From Parvularculaceae bacterium (GTDB taxonomy: Bacteria; Pseudomonadota; Alphaproteobacteria; Caulobacterales; Parvularculaceae): a DNA stretch of 53,519 bases. This document shows, piece after piece, positions 40,063 through 49,988 of the stretch. Below the pieces are notes generated by a model. The model made no database searches. It was given only the letters and a program-made list of their open reading frames with translations, and was not told the DNA's origin. The stretch's first letter is position 1, and each line of letters starts with the position of its first letter. The position numbers and the translations under genes were made by a program. The stretch covers positions 1 through 53,519 of the forward strand of contig JBGTFV010000107.1 in assembly GCA_041747095.1 (NCBI GenBank). The letters run 5' to 3'.

Positions 40063-41037
40063 ATGAGAACGGGCGACACCGGTCTTAATCTGATCAAGGG
40101 CTATGAGGGCCTGCGCATGTCGGCGCACTACGCGCCGAGCGAAGAGTGGACAGTGGGCTATGGCCACACCTCTACGGCCCGGCATGGAATGAGCGTAACG
40201 GAGGGCGACGCCGAGCGCTTACTCCGGCAGGACGTGTTGCCGATCGAAAAGGTGATCGCGGAAACCGTCCGCGCGCCGCTGAACCAAAACGAGCACGACG
40301 CGCTTACGTCGCTTATCTTCAACATCGGCGAAGAAAACTGGCGTCGATCGACGGTGCTGCGCAAATTGAACGAGGGCGACAAGATCGCTGCGGCGCGCGC
40401 TTTCGAAATGTGGACGAAAGCGCGCGTCAACGGCGAATTGATGACCCTTGATGGCCTGATCCGGCGTCGCGCGGCGGAAAAATCGCTGTTCCTGATGCCG
40501 ACAGACGCTGCCCTCGTTGTGCCCTCGTCGGATGTGCGTCCTGCGCCCGAATGTGAGGTGCACTATGTTTCTGACCGCGAACTGAAATCGACCCCCGTGG
40601 TCGTGGATTTCGAGCGTGATCGCAAGCAGACAGCCGTCGCCCTCTCCAATGACGAACTCGCGGCCCGGGCGCGCGCCCTCTTTGCCGCAACCCAGTCGCT
40701 GAGCGGCGATCCGACCAAAATGATCATCTCCAAGGATGAAGAGCATGCCGACATAGGGGTGACGGTCGGCGCTGTGCTGGCGGGCATTCTAGGCTTTGCA
40801 TTGACGGGGCTGGGCGCGGCGCTTCTCGCCTATCAGACGTTTCCCGGCATTGCGGCCATGCTTGGCATGACCTATGAGCGGTACACGGCGTTATTTGAAA
40901 ACCTGCCGATGTGGCTCGCCGCAACCGGCGCGGCCATGTGCTACTTTATTCTTTATATCCTCGTAAAACGCACCGCGCGCCATGATCTCAAGCGCCAACG
41001 GGCGCGCGAGTTAGCGCGCGTGCGCACCGCCAGCTGA
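40063..41037 (+). CDS. spmX: SpmX-like polar protein: GH24 phage-lysozyme domain + linker + 2 C-terminal TM helices
   Basis: LIKGYEG...WTVGYGHT...PLNQNEHDAL...FNIG...EMW.KA...L.RRRAAEKSLFL closely parallels Caulobacter SpmX; lies downstream of mgtE with no phage genes nearby. Confidence 0.85.
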   Translation: MRTGDTGLNLIKGYEGLRMSAHYAPSEEWTVGYGHTSTARHGMSVTEGDAERLLRQDVLPIEKVIAETVRAPLNQNEHDALTSLIFNIGEENWRRSTVLRKLNEGDKIAAARAFEMWTKARVNGELMTLDGLIRRRAAEKSLFLMPTDAALVVPSSDVRPAPECEVHYVSDRELKSTPVVVDFERDRKQTAVALSNDELAARARALFAATQSLSGDPTKMIISKDEEHADIGVTVGAVLAGILGFALTGLGAALLAYQTFPGIAAMLGMTYERYTALFENLPMWLAATGAAMCYFILYILVKRTARHDLKRQRARELARVRTAS

Positions 41038-41050
41038 CGCGCTGGCGCCC

Positions 41051-41479
41051 GTGACGGTTCATCTCATCAAACTGTGCGTCGGTGCGAATTCGATAGAAGA
41101 TCTTGCGGATTGGGTCAGAAGCCGCACGGCGGCCAATCTCGCGGCGGGTCATGGGCGCGTGCATGACCATGTGACGCGAATGTTTCCGCGGCGCACGGAC
41201 GAAGTGCTCGACGGCGGGTCGATTTATTGGGTTATCAGCGGCCTCGTCCAGGTTCGCCAGCGCATCCGCGCCCTTGAGCCGGTAACGGGCGTCGACGGCA
41301 TTGAGCGGTGCGCGATTCTTATCGATCCGAAGCTTGTGCCGACGGAGGCGCAACCGAGGCGCCCATTTCAAGGGTGGCGATATCTTCGGCCTGAGGATGC
41401 GCCGGCCGATCTGATGCGCGGCGCAGATGGGCAATCGAGCGCATTGAAGGCGGAGCTGGCCGCACTCGGACTATTGTGA
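41051..41479 (+). CDS. DUF1489 family protein
   Basis: HLIKLCVG...TRMFP...GGSIYWVI...PFQGWRYL. Confidence 0.93.
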   Translation: MTVHLIKLCVGANSIEDLADWVRSRTAANLAAGHGRVHDHVTRMFPRRTDEVLDGGSIYWVISGLVQVRQRIRALEPVTGVDGIERCAILIDPKLVPTEAQPRRPFQGWRYLRPEDAPADLMRGADGQSSALKAELAALGLL

Positions 41480-41534
41480 CGCGTTGCGACCTTGTCGCTC
41501 GATGCGTCGATACAGATAAACGGGGGAGGGCGCG

Positions 41535-42371
41535 GTGTCTAATCGGGTCAGGCGAGCGGCGGGAATAGGGGCGGTGGGCGCAGCGCTCGTGGCGGGCGCG
41601 GCGTTGTTACTAAATCCGCCTGCTCCATCCTCGAATACGGACGAGACGTCACCGAGCGAAGCGGCGACGGAGGTCCCTACCGGAGCGTCATCGATGCCAG
41701 CGACGGAAGATACTCCGGCGAGAGATGAAATTTGTCTTCGCCTTGATCTCGGCCTTGGCGCGGACGCGCGATGCGTTGCGCGAGAAGATTTGCCTTCGCT
41801 TCTCGATCGAGCGCTCAACGATGCGAGCGGCGGGCCCGCTGAAATGACGCTTGCTTCGCCAACTGACAACTCGGCCGCGCCGGTTGTGCGCAACTGCCGG
41901 AACTATCTCGCGCTTCGGCAGAAAGGCTATTTCGCGGCGACTTCGATGGACATGCGACGGGAAGCATTTTTCAACCGCGCTTGCGGCGCTATTAAGGCGC
42001 TTGCAAAGGCATCCACGCCGTCTTCTTCAAATTTTCCAAACAATCGTCTGTCTAAGGAAGATGCGAAAACGCTAGCGCGCAGCGGACAGTTCCGTTTCGG
42101 TCCAGACGACAGCGCCCCGCAGGCTGCGGCGCAATCGCTCGACCTTGGTGTAGACCAGCCGGGGGAAGGGATTTGGCGTTATTCCACAGGCACAGAGGAA
42201 GTTACACTTCAGGAGATCGCCTTCGCAGATTTTAATGGCGACCGGATTGGCGACATCCTTGTGTTCGTCAACGTGGCGGCTAGCGGGGGTACGGCCTCGG
42301 CCGGCATTCTCGGATATGTCGAGAAAACCAGCGCCGCCGCGCCGCCGTCGTTCAGCGCCATTACGGATTGA
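41535..42371 (+). CDS. Hypothetical membrane-anchored periplasmic protein
   Basis: N-terminal TM, four Cys, one DFNGDRIGD Ca-binding-like loop. Confidence 0.65.
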   Translation: MSNRVRRAAGIGAVGAALVAGAALLLNPPAPSSNTDETSPSEAATEVPTGASSMPATEDTPARDEICLRLDLGLGADARCVAREDLPSLLDRALNDASGGPAEMTLASPTDNSAAPVVRNCRNYLALRQKGYFAATSMDMRREAFFNRACGAIKALAKASTPSSSNFPNNRLSKEDAKTLARSGQFRFGPDDSAPQAAAQSLDLGVDQPGEGIWRYSTGTEEVTLQEIAFADFNGDRIGDILVFVNVAASGGTASAGILGYVEKTSAAAPPSFSAITD

Positions 42372-43248
42372 GCGGCGCCGGAACCGCCCAATTATCGATC
42401 AGGCGCGTTCGGCCGACGATCACTGCTGCAAAAACACGCGACTCGCGTTCGATCGGACCGTCCGGCGCAAGGGCCAACTCCGCAGAGTCCCGAACTTCGA
42501 AATAATCGATGGCCGTGAAGCCGGCGGCCTCAAGTTTGGTGCGACCGTCCCGAACGGCAATCGACGCTGCTTCGCCGCGACCGAGCGCCGCCGCTGTTTC
42601 CGCAAGAACGCCGTTCAGTCTTCCAGCCAGCAATCGCTCGTCTTCGTTTAGATAGACATTGCGGGAAGACATAGCGAGGCCGTCCTTTTCGCGGACGATG
42701 GGGGCGCCAACGATGTCGACGCCGAGGTCGAGATCGCGCACCATGCGTTTGATGATCGCAAGTTGTTGAAAATCTTTTTCACCGAATATGGCCACGTTCG
42801 GACGGCACTGGTTGAGGAGCTTGCACACAACCGTCGCGACGCCGCCGAAAAAGTGCGGGCGGCTCGCACCGCAAAGCCCCTGCGACAGCCCTTCAACGGA
42901 AACGCTGGTCTGGTAGCCGGCTGGATACATTTCCACCGGATCAGGGATGTAAGCGAGATGGCAACCTGCCTTCTGTAGCAGTTCAAGATCCCGAGCCTCG
43001 GTTCGCGGATATGAGCCGAGGTCTTCATGCGCCGCAAACTGGCGCGGATTGACGAAAATGCTAACGACCGTTCGGTCGGCAAGAGAGAGCGCCCGTTTGA
43101 CCAGGGAGAGATGTCCGTCGTGCAGCGCGCCCATGGTCGGCGCGAATGCGACGCTCAACCCGCTGTTACGCCAATTGTCAACGCGCGCGCGGAGCGCCTT
43201 TAAAGTGCGCGCTACCCCCATATGGGAATCGACAGCAGCAGTTGGCAT
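42361..43248 (-). CDS. panC: Pantoate-beta-alanine ligase
   Basis: PTMGALHDGH, FVNPRQF, FGEKDFQQ, MSSRN, RLIDN. Confidence 0.97.
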   Translation of the reverse strand: MPTAAVDSHMGVARTLKALRARVDNWRNSGLSVAFAPTMGALHDGHLSLVKRALSLADRTVVSIFVNPRQFAAHEDLGSYPRTEARDLELLQKAGCHLAYIPDPVEMYPAGYQTSVSVEGLSQGLCGASRPHFFGGVATVVCKLLNQCRPNVAIFGEKDFQQLAIIKRMVRDLDLGVDIVGAPIVREKDGLAMSSRNVYLNEDERLLAGRLNGVLAETAAALGRGEAASIAVRDGRTKLEAAGFTAIDYFEVRDSAELALAPDGPIERESRVFAAVIVGRTRLIDNWAVPAPLNP

Positions 43249-43376
43249 ACCCTAATGTCCTCGGTCATATAGTGACGCGGCAGCTTCCGATTCTTGCTGC
43301 GCGGCCGGTGAGGCTAATGCGACAACGTTTAGTCGGTTTCAAGGCGTTCAATAGGAATGCGGCCCGCAAGGGGCGC

Positions 43377-44114
43377 ATGGTCCTTATTGCGTTTTGCGCC
43401 GCGATCGCGGCCGGCTGTTCGACCCTTGGGCTCGACCGGAAACCAGTGACGCAGGAGGTATCGGCGGATTTCGAGGCGGTAGAGCAGCAGATCGCCGCGC
43501 TTGAAACCGAACTGACGGCTGTGAAAGCCGAGCGGGACAAGCTATCGGCTCGGTTGGCGCAGCTTGAACGTGAGACAAAACCCTCTCAAGTGGCGGCTTC
43601 CAACGGAGTTGCAGAATTAAAGGATACGCCGCCCGCGACCATTACGCCGCGCACAGATCGCACCCCCGCGCCTGCTGCGGCGGTTGTCAGCGCGCCGGGT
43701 GCAGGCGATTCGCTTGGCGACGCTTCAGCGACCGTCGCTCCGGCGCCGAGGTTGGTCCAGTCGACACTGTCTTCTAATGACCGCCCTGTATTCGAAAACG
43801 AGGCGACCGGCGAGGAAATCCGGCTCGCGAGCGTTCTTTGGGGCGTGCATCTTGCCTCCTATCGCGGAGAAGAAGAAGCGCAAGCCGGGTGGCGCAAGCT
43901 TCAACGCGAGAACCCAAACGAGCTTGGGCTGCTTGAGCCGCGCATCGAGCGCGTCTCAGTAGCTGAGAAGGGCGTTTTTTTGAGGTTGATCGGCGGCGGT
44001 TTCGCCTCCGAGGAAAAAGCGAACGCGCTCTGCGCCGCCCTGGTCGAGAGGGGGCTGTATTGCCGGGTCACCAGCTTTGGCGGTGACCGTCTATCGATGG
44101 CGACGCTGCGCTAG
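43377..44114 (+). CDS. SPOR-domain lipoprotein with coiled coil
   Basis: Lipobox AAGC; heptad segment; VHLASY...A...W...F.RL...A.ALCAAL SPOR domain. Start may be 43317. Confidence 0.8.
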   Translation: MVLIAFCAAIAAGCSTLGLDRKPVTQEVSADFEAVEQQIAALETELTAVKAERDKLSARLAQLERETKPSQVAASNGVAELKDTPPATITPRTDRTPAPAAAVVSAPGAGDSLGDASATVAPAPRLVQSTLSSNDRPVFENEATGEEIRLASVLWGVHLASYRGEEEAQAGWRKLQRENPNELGLLEPRIERVSVAEKGVFLRLIGGGFASEEKANALCAALVERGLYCRVTSFGGDRLSMATLR

Positions 44115-44120
44115 CGCCGT

Positions 44121-44942
44121 TTAATCTGGCGCGTCGATCTCGAATGATTTCGATGCGAAGGGATGTCCGGCGTATTCTCCGGCGCCGTCATACCTTATCG
44201 TCAGGGTGCCGGCCGGCAGGCTGGCGCGCGTGAGCGCCATCGTAATGCGCCGTTCGGCGGCGTCGGCGTGAACAGCAACATTGTCGAGCCGGGCGAGAAT
44301 GTCGGGCTTGGCGGCCTGAGCGCCTGCTGCGACAAACTCGACTTGAAGCGCGCCGAACGAGGAAAAGGCTCCTTCGCGCACGAGATGGGTTTCGAGTTCA
44401 AGACCGCCGTCCTGATCGCGCAATAAACGGGAGCGACCGAATGAAATGTCGGGCCGGCGCGCTTTTGAGACGGGACCGTCCCTCAAGATGACCGGCGTTG
44501 AGACCCCCATTTTAATATCGACCTCCAGCCCGCTACTCGCCCGGATCAGCGGCGTTCGTACGGCGTCGGTCTCGATCAGCAAGTGCGACCGCCGTTCGCC
44601 CGCCGGTAGCGACGCGTTGCGGAGCCGGATGACGATCTGCGTGCGTGCGCCCGGCTCGAGCCGGAATGACGCCGGCTCGACGCTGAGGAATGGCGCAGCG
44701 CTCAGGCCGGTGCGCTCTTCAGGCGTCGCCGTCCGATAACCGTCTGTTTGGGCTGACAGATCGCGCCATGAAACCCGGCCCGAGACGATGCGGTCGGAGG
44801 GGTTTGACACGTCATAGACAACCGAGCCCGTTTCCGGCGTGAGGACCTGTCTCAAGGGCGAGATCATGATTTCGGCGCGCGCGACGCCCAGGGCGGCAAG
44901 GACGCATGCAAGGATCACAGCGATTGAGCGCAAGGGTGCCAT
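44121..44942 (-). CDS. PapD-like pilus/secreted chaperone-domain protein
   Basis: Signal peptide; IMISPLR...VSN...PASFRLEPGARTQIVIR...GERRSHL...PVILR. Confidence 0.7.
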   Translation of the reverse strand: MAPLRSIAVILACVLAALGVARAEIMISPLRQVLTPETGSVVYDVSNPSDRIVSGRVSWRDLSAQTDGYRTATPEERTGLSAAPFLSVEPASFRLEPGARTQIVIRLRNASLPAGERRSHLLIETDAVRTPLIRASSGLEVDIKMGVSTPVILRDGPVSKARRPDISFGRSRLLRDQDGGLELETHLVREGAFSSFGALQVEFVAAGAQAAKPDILARLDNVAVHADAAERRITMALTRASLPAGTLTIRYDGAGEYAGHPFASKSFEIDAPD

Positions 44943-45128
44943 GGGCGTTATGCCATCCGTCTGCGAGAATCATGCGAGTGTCGACCACATGAAGAAAGGT
45001 CGACAGGTCCCGCCAAACCAGAGCAAGAAGCCTGCCGATGCCGGGGCAGTGCGCCGTCATCCTGTTGTTAACCGAAATTCGCGCCGCCGGACTTCGCCCA
45101 CGGCCGGAAATATAACGTCAGGTTTGCT

Positions 45129-45983
45129 GTGACGCATGTCATTGTACTCGGGAATGAAAAGGGCGGATCGGGGAAATCGACCGCCGCGATGCATATCATC
45201 GTTGCGCTATTGAAGACCGGCCATCAGGTCGGGGCCATCGACCTAGACATGCGCCAAAAAAGCCTCGGCCGGTATCTCGAAAACCGCCGTAATTTCATGG
45301 CGACAAAGGGCGTCGATCTACTCTTTCCTGTGCAGCCGGGCGTTGCGGCCTCGACGGCTGACAGCCGCGAGGCTTCGCGCAAGGAAGAGACTGCCAATCT
45401 CTACGCCGCCTTCGAGACATTGCAGAACTGCGATTTCGTTGTGATCGATTGTCCGGGTGCGGACACGCATCTGTCGCGTCTTGCGCACGCCCATGCCGAC
45501 ACCATTGTTTCGCCGCTTAACGACAGCTTTGTCGATTTTGACCTGTTGGCCCGGATCAATCCCGCAACGGGTCAGGTCGTCGGCCCCAGCCTTTACAGCG
45601 AGATGGTCTGGGAAGCGCGCAAGCGGCGGGCAATGTCAGGGGTGAGCGGGACGATCGACTGGGTCGTCATGCGCAACCGGCTCTCGGCAACCCGCGCCAA
45701 CAACAAGCGTAACGTCGGCGAAAAGCTGGACGATCTGTCGAACCGAATTGGTTTCCGGCTGGCGCGCGGTTTTGGCGACCGGGTCATTTACCGCGAATTG
45801 TTCCCGATGGGCCTGACGCTGTTAGACTTGGGCGGTCCGGAAGCGCCCGTTCGGTTGACGACCATGAGCCATGTGACGGCGCGGCTTGAGATCCGTTCGC
45901 TGATCGCGACGCTCAATCTTCCCCGCAGGGTTGCGGACACGGCGTCCGCGGGCGCTCCGAACGGTACAACGGCCGCAGCCTGA
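45129..45983 (+). CDS. mipZ: Division-site ATPase MipZ
   Basis: VLGNEKGGSGKST, DLDMRQ, PLNDSFVDFD, DWVVMRNR, RVIYRELFP.GLTLLD. Confidence 0.94.
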   Translation: MTHVIVLGNEKGGSGKSTAAMHIIVALLKTGHQVGAIDLDMRQKSLGRYLENRRNFMATKGVDLLFPVQPGVAASTADSREASRKEETANLYAAFETLQNCDFVVIDCPGADTHLSRLAHAHADTIVSPLNDSFVDFDLLARINPATGQVVGPSLYSEMVWEARKRRAMSGVSGTIDWVVMRNRLSATRANNKRNVGEKLDDLSNRIGFRLARGFGDRVIYRELFPMGLTLLDLGGPEAPVRLTTMSHVTARLEIRSLIATLNLPRRVADTASAGAPNGTTAAA

Positions 45984-46112
45984 CGAGGTCCGTCGGGCTT
46001 TCGGAGCGAGGCGCATTCGGGCATTCTTCGGGTCTCGGCAGTCAGTAGGCGCCCAATCGCATCTCAATTTCAAAACAGAGACTGATCACCCGGATCGCAT
46101 GACCTCGCACCC

Positions 46113-46604
46113 ATGATCGGATTGATTTCAATTTGTCTGGCGGCGATCGCAGCGATCGTACTGCTTGTGCGCGCTGGCCGCCGTCCCGTAGGCGGCAACG
46201 TCAATCCAACGCTGACGATTGCCAAGGCCGTGGGCGTCTTGGGCGTTCTGGCGGTTTTGCTTGCGGCAAAACTTTTTCCGCTCGCGCTGATGCTGGTCGT
46301 GGCGACCGGCGGCATCTCGGCGATCGAAGTGTGGCGAGCCCGTCAGATTGGCGGACAGATGAAATCAACGGCGCCGGGAGCCGAGCCAAGCGCCGCGCCG
46401 GCGAAATCGCCCTTGGTTCTTCGAGCAGAGGAGGCGGCGCTCATCCTTGGCGTATCGGCTGAAGCCACCGCCGATGAAATCCGCGCCGCGCATCGCCGCC
46501 TTATTAGCGCCATGCATCCTGATCGCGGCGGCTCTGACTACCTCGCCGCCAAAATCAATTCTGCGCGCGATGTCATGCTGAAGCAGCTACCGCCCCCAAA
46601 TTGA
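46113..46604 (+). CDS. Membrane-anchored DnaJ (J-domain) protein
   Basis: TM helices; C-terminal [16 protein letters not shown]. Confidence 0.9.
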   Translation: MIGLISICLAAIAAIVLLVRAGRRPVGGNVNPTLTIAKAVGVLGVLAVLLAAKLFPLALMLVVATGGISAIEVWRARQIGGQMKSTAPGAEPSAAPAKSPLVLRAEEAALILGVSAEATADEIRAAHRRLISAMHPDRGGSDYLAAKINSARDVMLKQLPPPN

Positions 46605-46626
46605 CGCGCTGATCTGGACGCCCGGG

Positions 46627-47703
46627 TCAGGACAGGCGCCCCGGGTGCGCCGCCAATAGCCGACGCGCAACGTAGTGGGGGGTGGCTGGTAGCAAACCGT
46701 CGGAAATGAACGGGCTTTCAGAGAAAAAGGCGAGGCTCATTCCCCCTGCAAACGCTGCTCCAAGCGCTGCTCCGACCCGGCGGGTCGCGTCGAACTTGGT
46801 GATGACCATCCGCCGAACCCCGATTTCTGCGAAGGCGGTCGCCCAGTCGCGATGTTCTTCCGGGTCGCCGCAGGCAGGCAAAACGAGCGCCGAATCCGCA
46901 GCGGCTGCTTCTTGGAAGGTGCGCAGCGCTGCTACATCTCCAGGGTCATAGGGGCTAACGCCCGGCGTATCGAGAATGACGGCGCCTCCGGGGCGCCGAG
47001 TACGGAGCGTTTGCTTGACGTCGAGTGGGGTTTCGACAAAAGCGAAGTCGGCGCCGAGCGAGTCGGAATAGGTGCGCACCTGATCCATCGCACCGGCGCG
47101 GCCAATATCGGCTGTCATCATCAAAGCCGATCCATCGCGCGCCATGCCGGCGGCGGCGAGTTTGGCCGAACACGATGTCTTGCCGGCGCCCGTCGGTCCG
47201 ATCAGCATGATCGGCGCCCCGGGTCCGAGCGGCAGAGGCGCAAAGCTGAACACTTCTGCAAAAGCGGTCTCTAGCCGATGCTGGTCGTCGTCGATGCGCG
47301 CGCGCCCCGCAGCCTCTATCAGGGCGCCAAGAAGAGCGCCGGTAATACCGTGCATTTCCAGCACAGCGACATAGCCCTGCGAGGGTCGCACGGAGGGATC
47401 GAAATGGCTCGCGCGCCGCCCGCCGCCCGAAAGCTCGCCCTTAAGGCGGGACAGCGCGTCTTCCGCGAATTTCTGTTCCATTGGCTCGGAAAGCCGCGCA
47501 CCTGAATGCGGACGTTCCGGCGCCTCTCCGGCTCTGCCAACGGGGCGCACGCCAATCGGCGTTTCAGCATGGGGTTGGTCGGAAGCGGAAACTTCAACAT
47601 CCCCGCTTGGCAGGTTTCTGACCGACATGATGTAAGCGCCATCGCCCAATGCCCGGCGCGCCTTGGCACGGGCGGCGTCGGCGTCGGCGGCGATGAATCT
47701 CAT
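46627..47703 (-). CDS. flhF: FlhF-like SRP-family GTPase
   Basis: N-terminal RF.A....A...R.LG..A.I.S motif; GPTGAGKT, DTPG, TKFD; directly downstream of flhA. Confidence 0.8.
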   Translation of the reverse strand: MRFIAADADAARAKARRALGDGAYIMSVRNLPSGDVEVSASDQPHAETPIGVRPVGRAGEAPERPHSGARLSEPMEQKFAEDALSRLKGELSGGGRRASHFDPSVRPSQGYVAVLEMHGITGALLGALIEAAGRARIDDDQHRLETAFAEVFSFAPLPLGPGAPIMLIGPTGAGKTSCSAKLAAAGMARDGSALMMTADIGRAGAMDQVRTYSDSLGADFAFVETPLDVKQTLRTRRPGGAVILDTPGVSPYDPGDVAALRTFQEAAAADSALVLPACGDPEEHRDWATAFAEIGVRRMVITKFDATRRVGAALGAAFAGGMSLAFFSESPFISDGLLPATPHYVARRLLAAHPGRLS

Positions 47704-47809
47704 GATTGACAACACAACTCTCCAGCACCCGTCAGGGAGTATCCGCGCGGAATGGCGTGGCGGCAAGGGTCAACATGCTGCATTAGGAAAGACTGCCGTC
47801 TGCGCGCCG

Positions 47810-49903
47810 TCAAACCTGCCCAAGACTGCGCAGGCGCAACTGCGGGTGGATTTCGTTCTGCGACAGGACTGGCGTGTGGGGTCGGACCCGCTCCAGCACC
47901 GCCCGCACGAAGGGGCGCGCGGCGGCGCTGGTCACAAGCGCTGCGGCATACCCAGCGCCGGCCGCTTCTTCCAGTCGACTAAGCGCTGCTGCGACAAATT
48001 CCTGAAGTCGGGATGGAGCCATAGCGAGTTGTCGCTGATCGCCATGGCCGACCAGACTTTCGGCGAACTCACGCTCCCATTCGCTCGACAGGGTGACGAT
48101 CGAGGCAAAGCCGTCGCCGCCCTTCAGCGCGCCGCAAATCTGTCGCGCCAGCCGCGCCCGCACATGCTCCGTCAACGTCGCAACGGCGGTCGACTGCGGT
48201 GCGGCTTCGGCGAGCGCTTCGAGGATTGCAGGAAGGTCGCGGATGGATACGCGTTCAGCAATGAGAGACTGCAAGACGCGCTGCACTGTCGATACGGATA
48301 CGAGGGAAGGGATGAGGTCGCTGACGAGGCTGCGATGCTTGTCGGGCAGCGCATCGAGAAGTTTGCGGGTCTCTGCGTATGAAAGGAGAGCCGGCGCTTC
48401 AGTGCGGATGATTTCTGTCAGATGGGTCGTCAGAACGGTCGCAGCGTCAACGACCGTGAGCCCGCGCAGGGTCGCCGTCTGGCGCTGGCTGTCGTCGATC
48501 CAGAGCGCTTCAAGGCCAAAGGCGGGTTCGGTCGTGCGCTCGCCGACCAGATCGATGCGGCGGCCCGTCGGATCCATCGCGAGAAAAAGCCCGGGCCGCA
48601 GCGCGCCGCGACCAACTTCCTGCTCTTTAAGCCGGATAACGTATTCGTTGGGTTCGAGCTGCATGTTGTCGAGAATGCGCACTGGCGGGGTCACGAAGCC
48701 GATTTCCTGCGCAATGGCGCGACGGAGCGCCTTGATCTGGTCAGGCAGTTTCGGTCCCGCGCCGTCGGAAATAAGTGCGAGGAGGCCGTAGCCTAGCTCG
48801 ATCCGCAAATCGTCCATCGCCAACATGGACGAGGGCTCATCCTCCGCACTCTGACGGGCGGTCTGGCGGGTCGCAGCCTTTTCCGCAGTGTCGCGCCGCC
48901 GCTGCGTTCGCTCAATCGCCGCCGCGCTTGCCCCAACGGCTGCTGCAAGCAACATGAACGGTGCGAACGGCATGCCGGGCAGGATCGCAATGACTGCGAG
49001 GACGATGGAAACGAGCCACAGCGCCTTCGGATAGGCGCTGAATTGCGCGCCAAGCGCTTCGTCCGCTGACCCGTCAACGCCGGCTTTCGACACGAGGAGA
49101 CCCGCTGCGACCGAAACGATCAAGGCTGGTATTTGGCTGACAAGACCGTCGCCAACCGTCAGCAGGGTGTAGGTTTCACCCGCTTCAGCAAGCGTCAGCC
49201 CGTTCTGCGCGACGCCGATGATCACGCCGCCGATGATGTTGATCAACGTAATGAGTAGTCCCGCGATGGCGTCGCCGCGGACGAATTTCGATGCGCCGTC
49301 CATCGCGCCGTAAAAGTTCGCTTCGTCTTCGAGGCCGCGCCGCCGTGCGCGCGCTTCGGTTTCATTGATCATGCCGGACGAAAGGTCGGCGTCGATCGCG
49401 AGTTGTTTGCCGGGCATCGCATCGAGCGAGAAACGCGCCGCGACTTCGGCTATCCGGCCCGAGCCTCGCGTTATGACGACAAAATTCACAATCACGAGAA
49501 TCGCAAAAACGATAATGCCGATGACAAAATTGCCTTGCATGACAAAGCCGCCGAAGGCCTCGATCACCCCGCCTGCCGCGTCCGGTCCCTCATGTCCCTT
49601 TGAAAGGATGAGACGCGTCGAGGCGATGTTAAGGCCAAGACGGAACATCGTCGCGATAAGGAGAATTGACGGAAATGTGGAGAATTCCAGCGCTTTGCGC
49701 GTAAACAGAGCGACCATCAAGACCATGACGGAAAACGTCACGGAACTTGCCAGAAGAATGTCCAGTAGCCAGCGGGGAGTCGGCAGCACAAGCAATGCAA
49801 GAATGCTCATGATCGCCGTCGCAAACAGAACGTCGCCGCGCAACATTGCGCGCAAATTCTGCGGCTGAAGAAGTCGTCTGATCGAGCTCATGGCTTCTGC
49901 CAT
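47810..49903 (-). CDS. flhA: Flagellar export protein FlhA
   Basis: EVAARFSLDAMPGKQLAIDAD, FYGAMDGASKFVRGDA. Confidence 0.97.
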   Translation of the reverse strand: MAEAMSSIRRLLQPQNLRAMLRGDVLFATAIMSILALLVLPTPRWLLDILLASSVTFSVMVLMVALFTRKALEFSTFPSILLIATMFRLGLNIASTRLILSKGHEGPDAAGGVIEAFGGFVMQGNFVIGIIVFAILVIVNFVVITRGSGRIAEVAARFSLDAMPGKQLAIDADLSSGMINETEARARRRGLEDEANFYGAMDGASKFVRGDAIAGLLITLINIIGGVIIGVAQNGLTLAEAGETYTLLTVGDGLVSQIPALIVSVAAGLLVSKAGVDGSADEALGAQFSAYPKALWLVSIVLAVIAILPGMPFAPFMLLAAAVGASAAAIERTQRRRDTAEKAATRQTARQSAEDEPSSMLAMDDLRIELGYGLLALISDGAGPKLPDQIKALRRAIAQEIGFVTPPVRILDNMQLEPNEYVIRLKEQEVGRGALRPGLFLAMDPTGRRIDLVGERTTEPAFGLEALWIDDSQRQTATLRGLTVVDAATVLTTHLTEIIRTEAPALLSYAETRKLLDALPDKHRSLVSDLIPSLVSVSTVQRVLQSLIAERVSIRDLPAILEALAEAAPQSTAVATLTEHVRARLARQICGALKGGDGFASIVTLSSEWEREFAESLVGHGDQRQLAMAPSRLQEFVAAALSRLEEAAGAGYAAALVTSAAARPFVRAVLERVRPHTPVLSQNEIHPQLRLRSLGQV

Positions 49904-49988
49904 GGTGCGCACTTTCTACTTCTTGCCTTCAGATCGAACCGGTTTAACCGGACGCTTAAGGCAGGCGATTCAACTCATGCAATTCAAT

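Noticed and set aside
40063-41037. Prophage endolysin
   Set aside because: C-terminal TMs, altered triad and housekeeping neighbours fit SpmX; no phage genes nearby.
49944-49959. CtrA box upstream of flhA
   Set aside because: TTAA-N8-TTAA; plausible location but non-canonical spacing, so not called.
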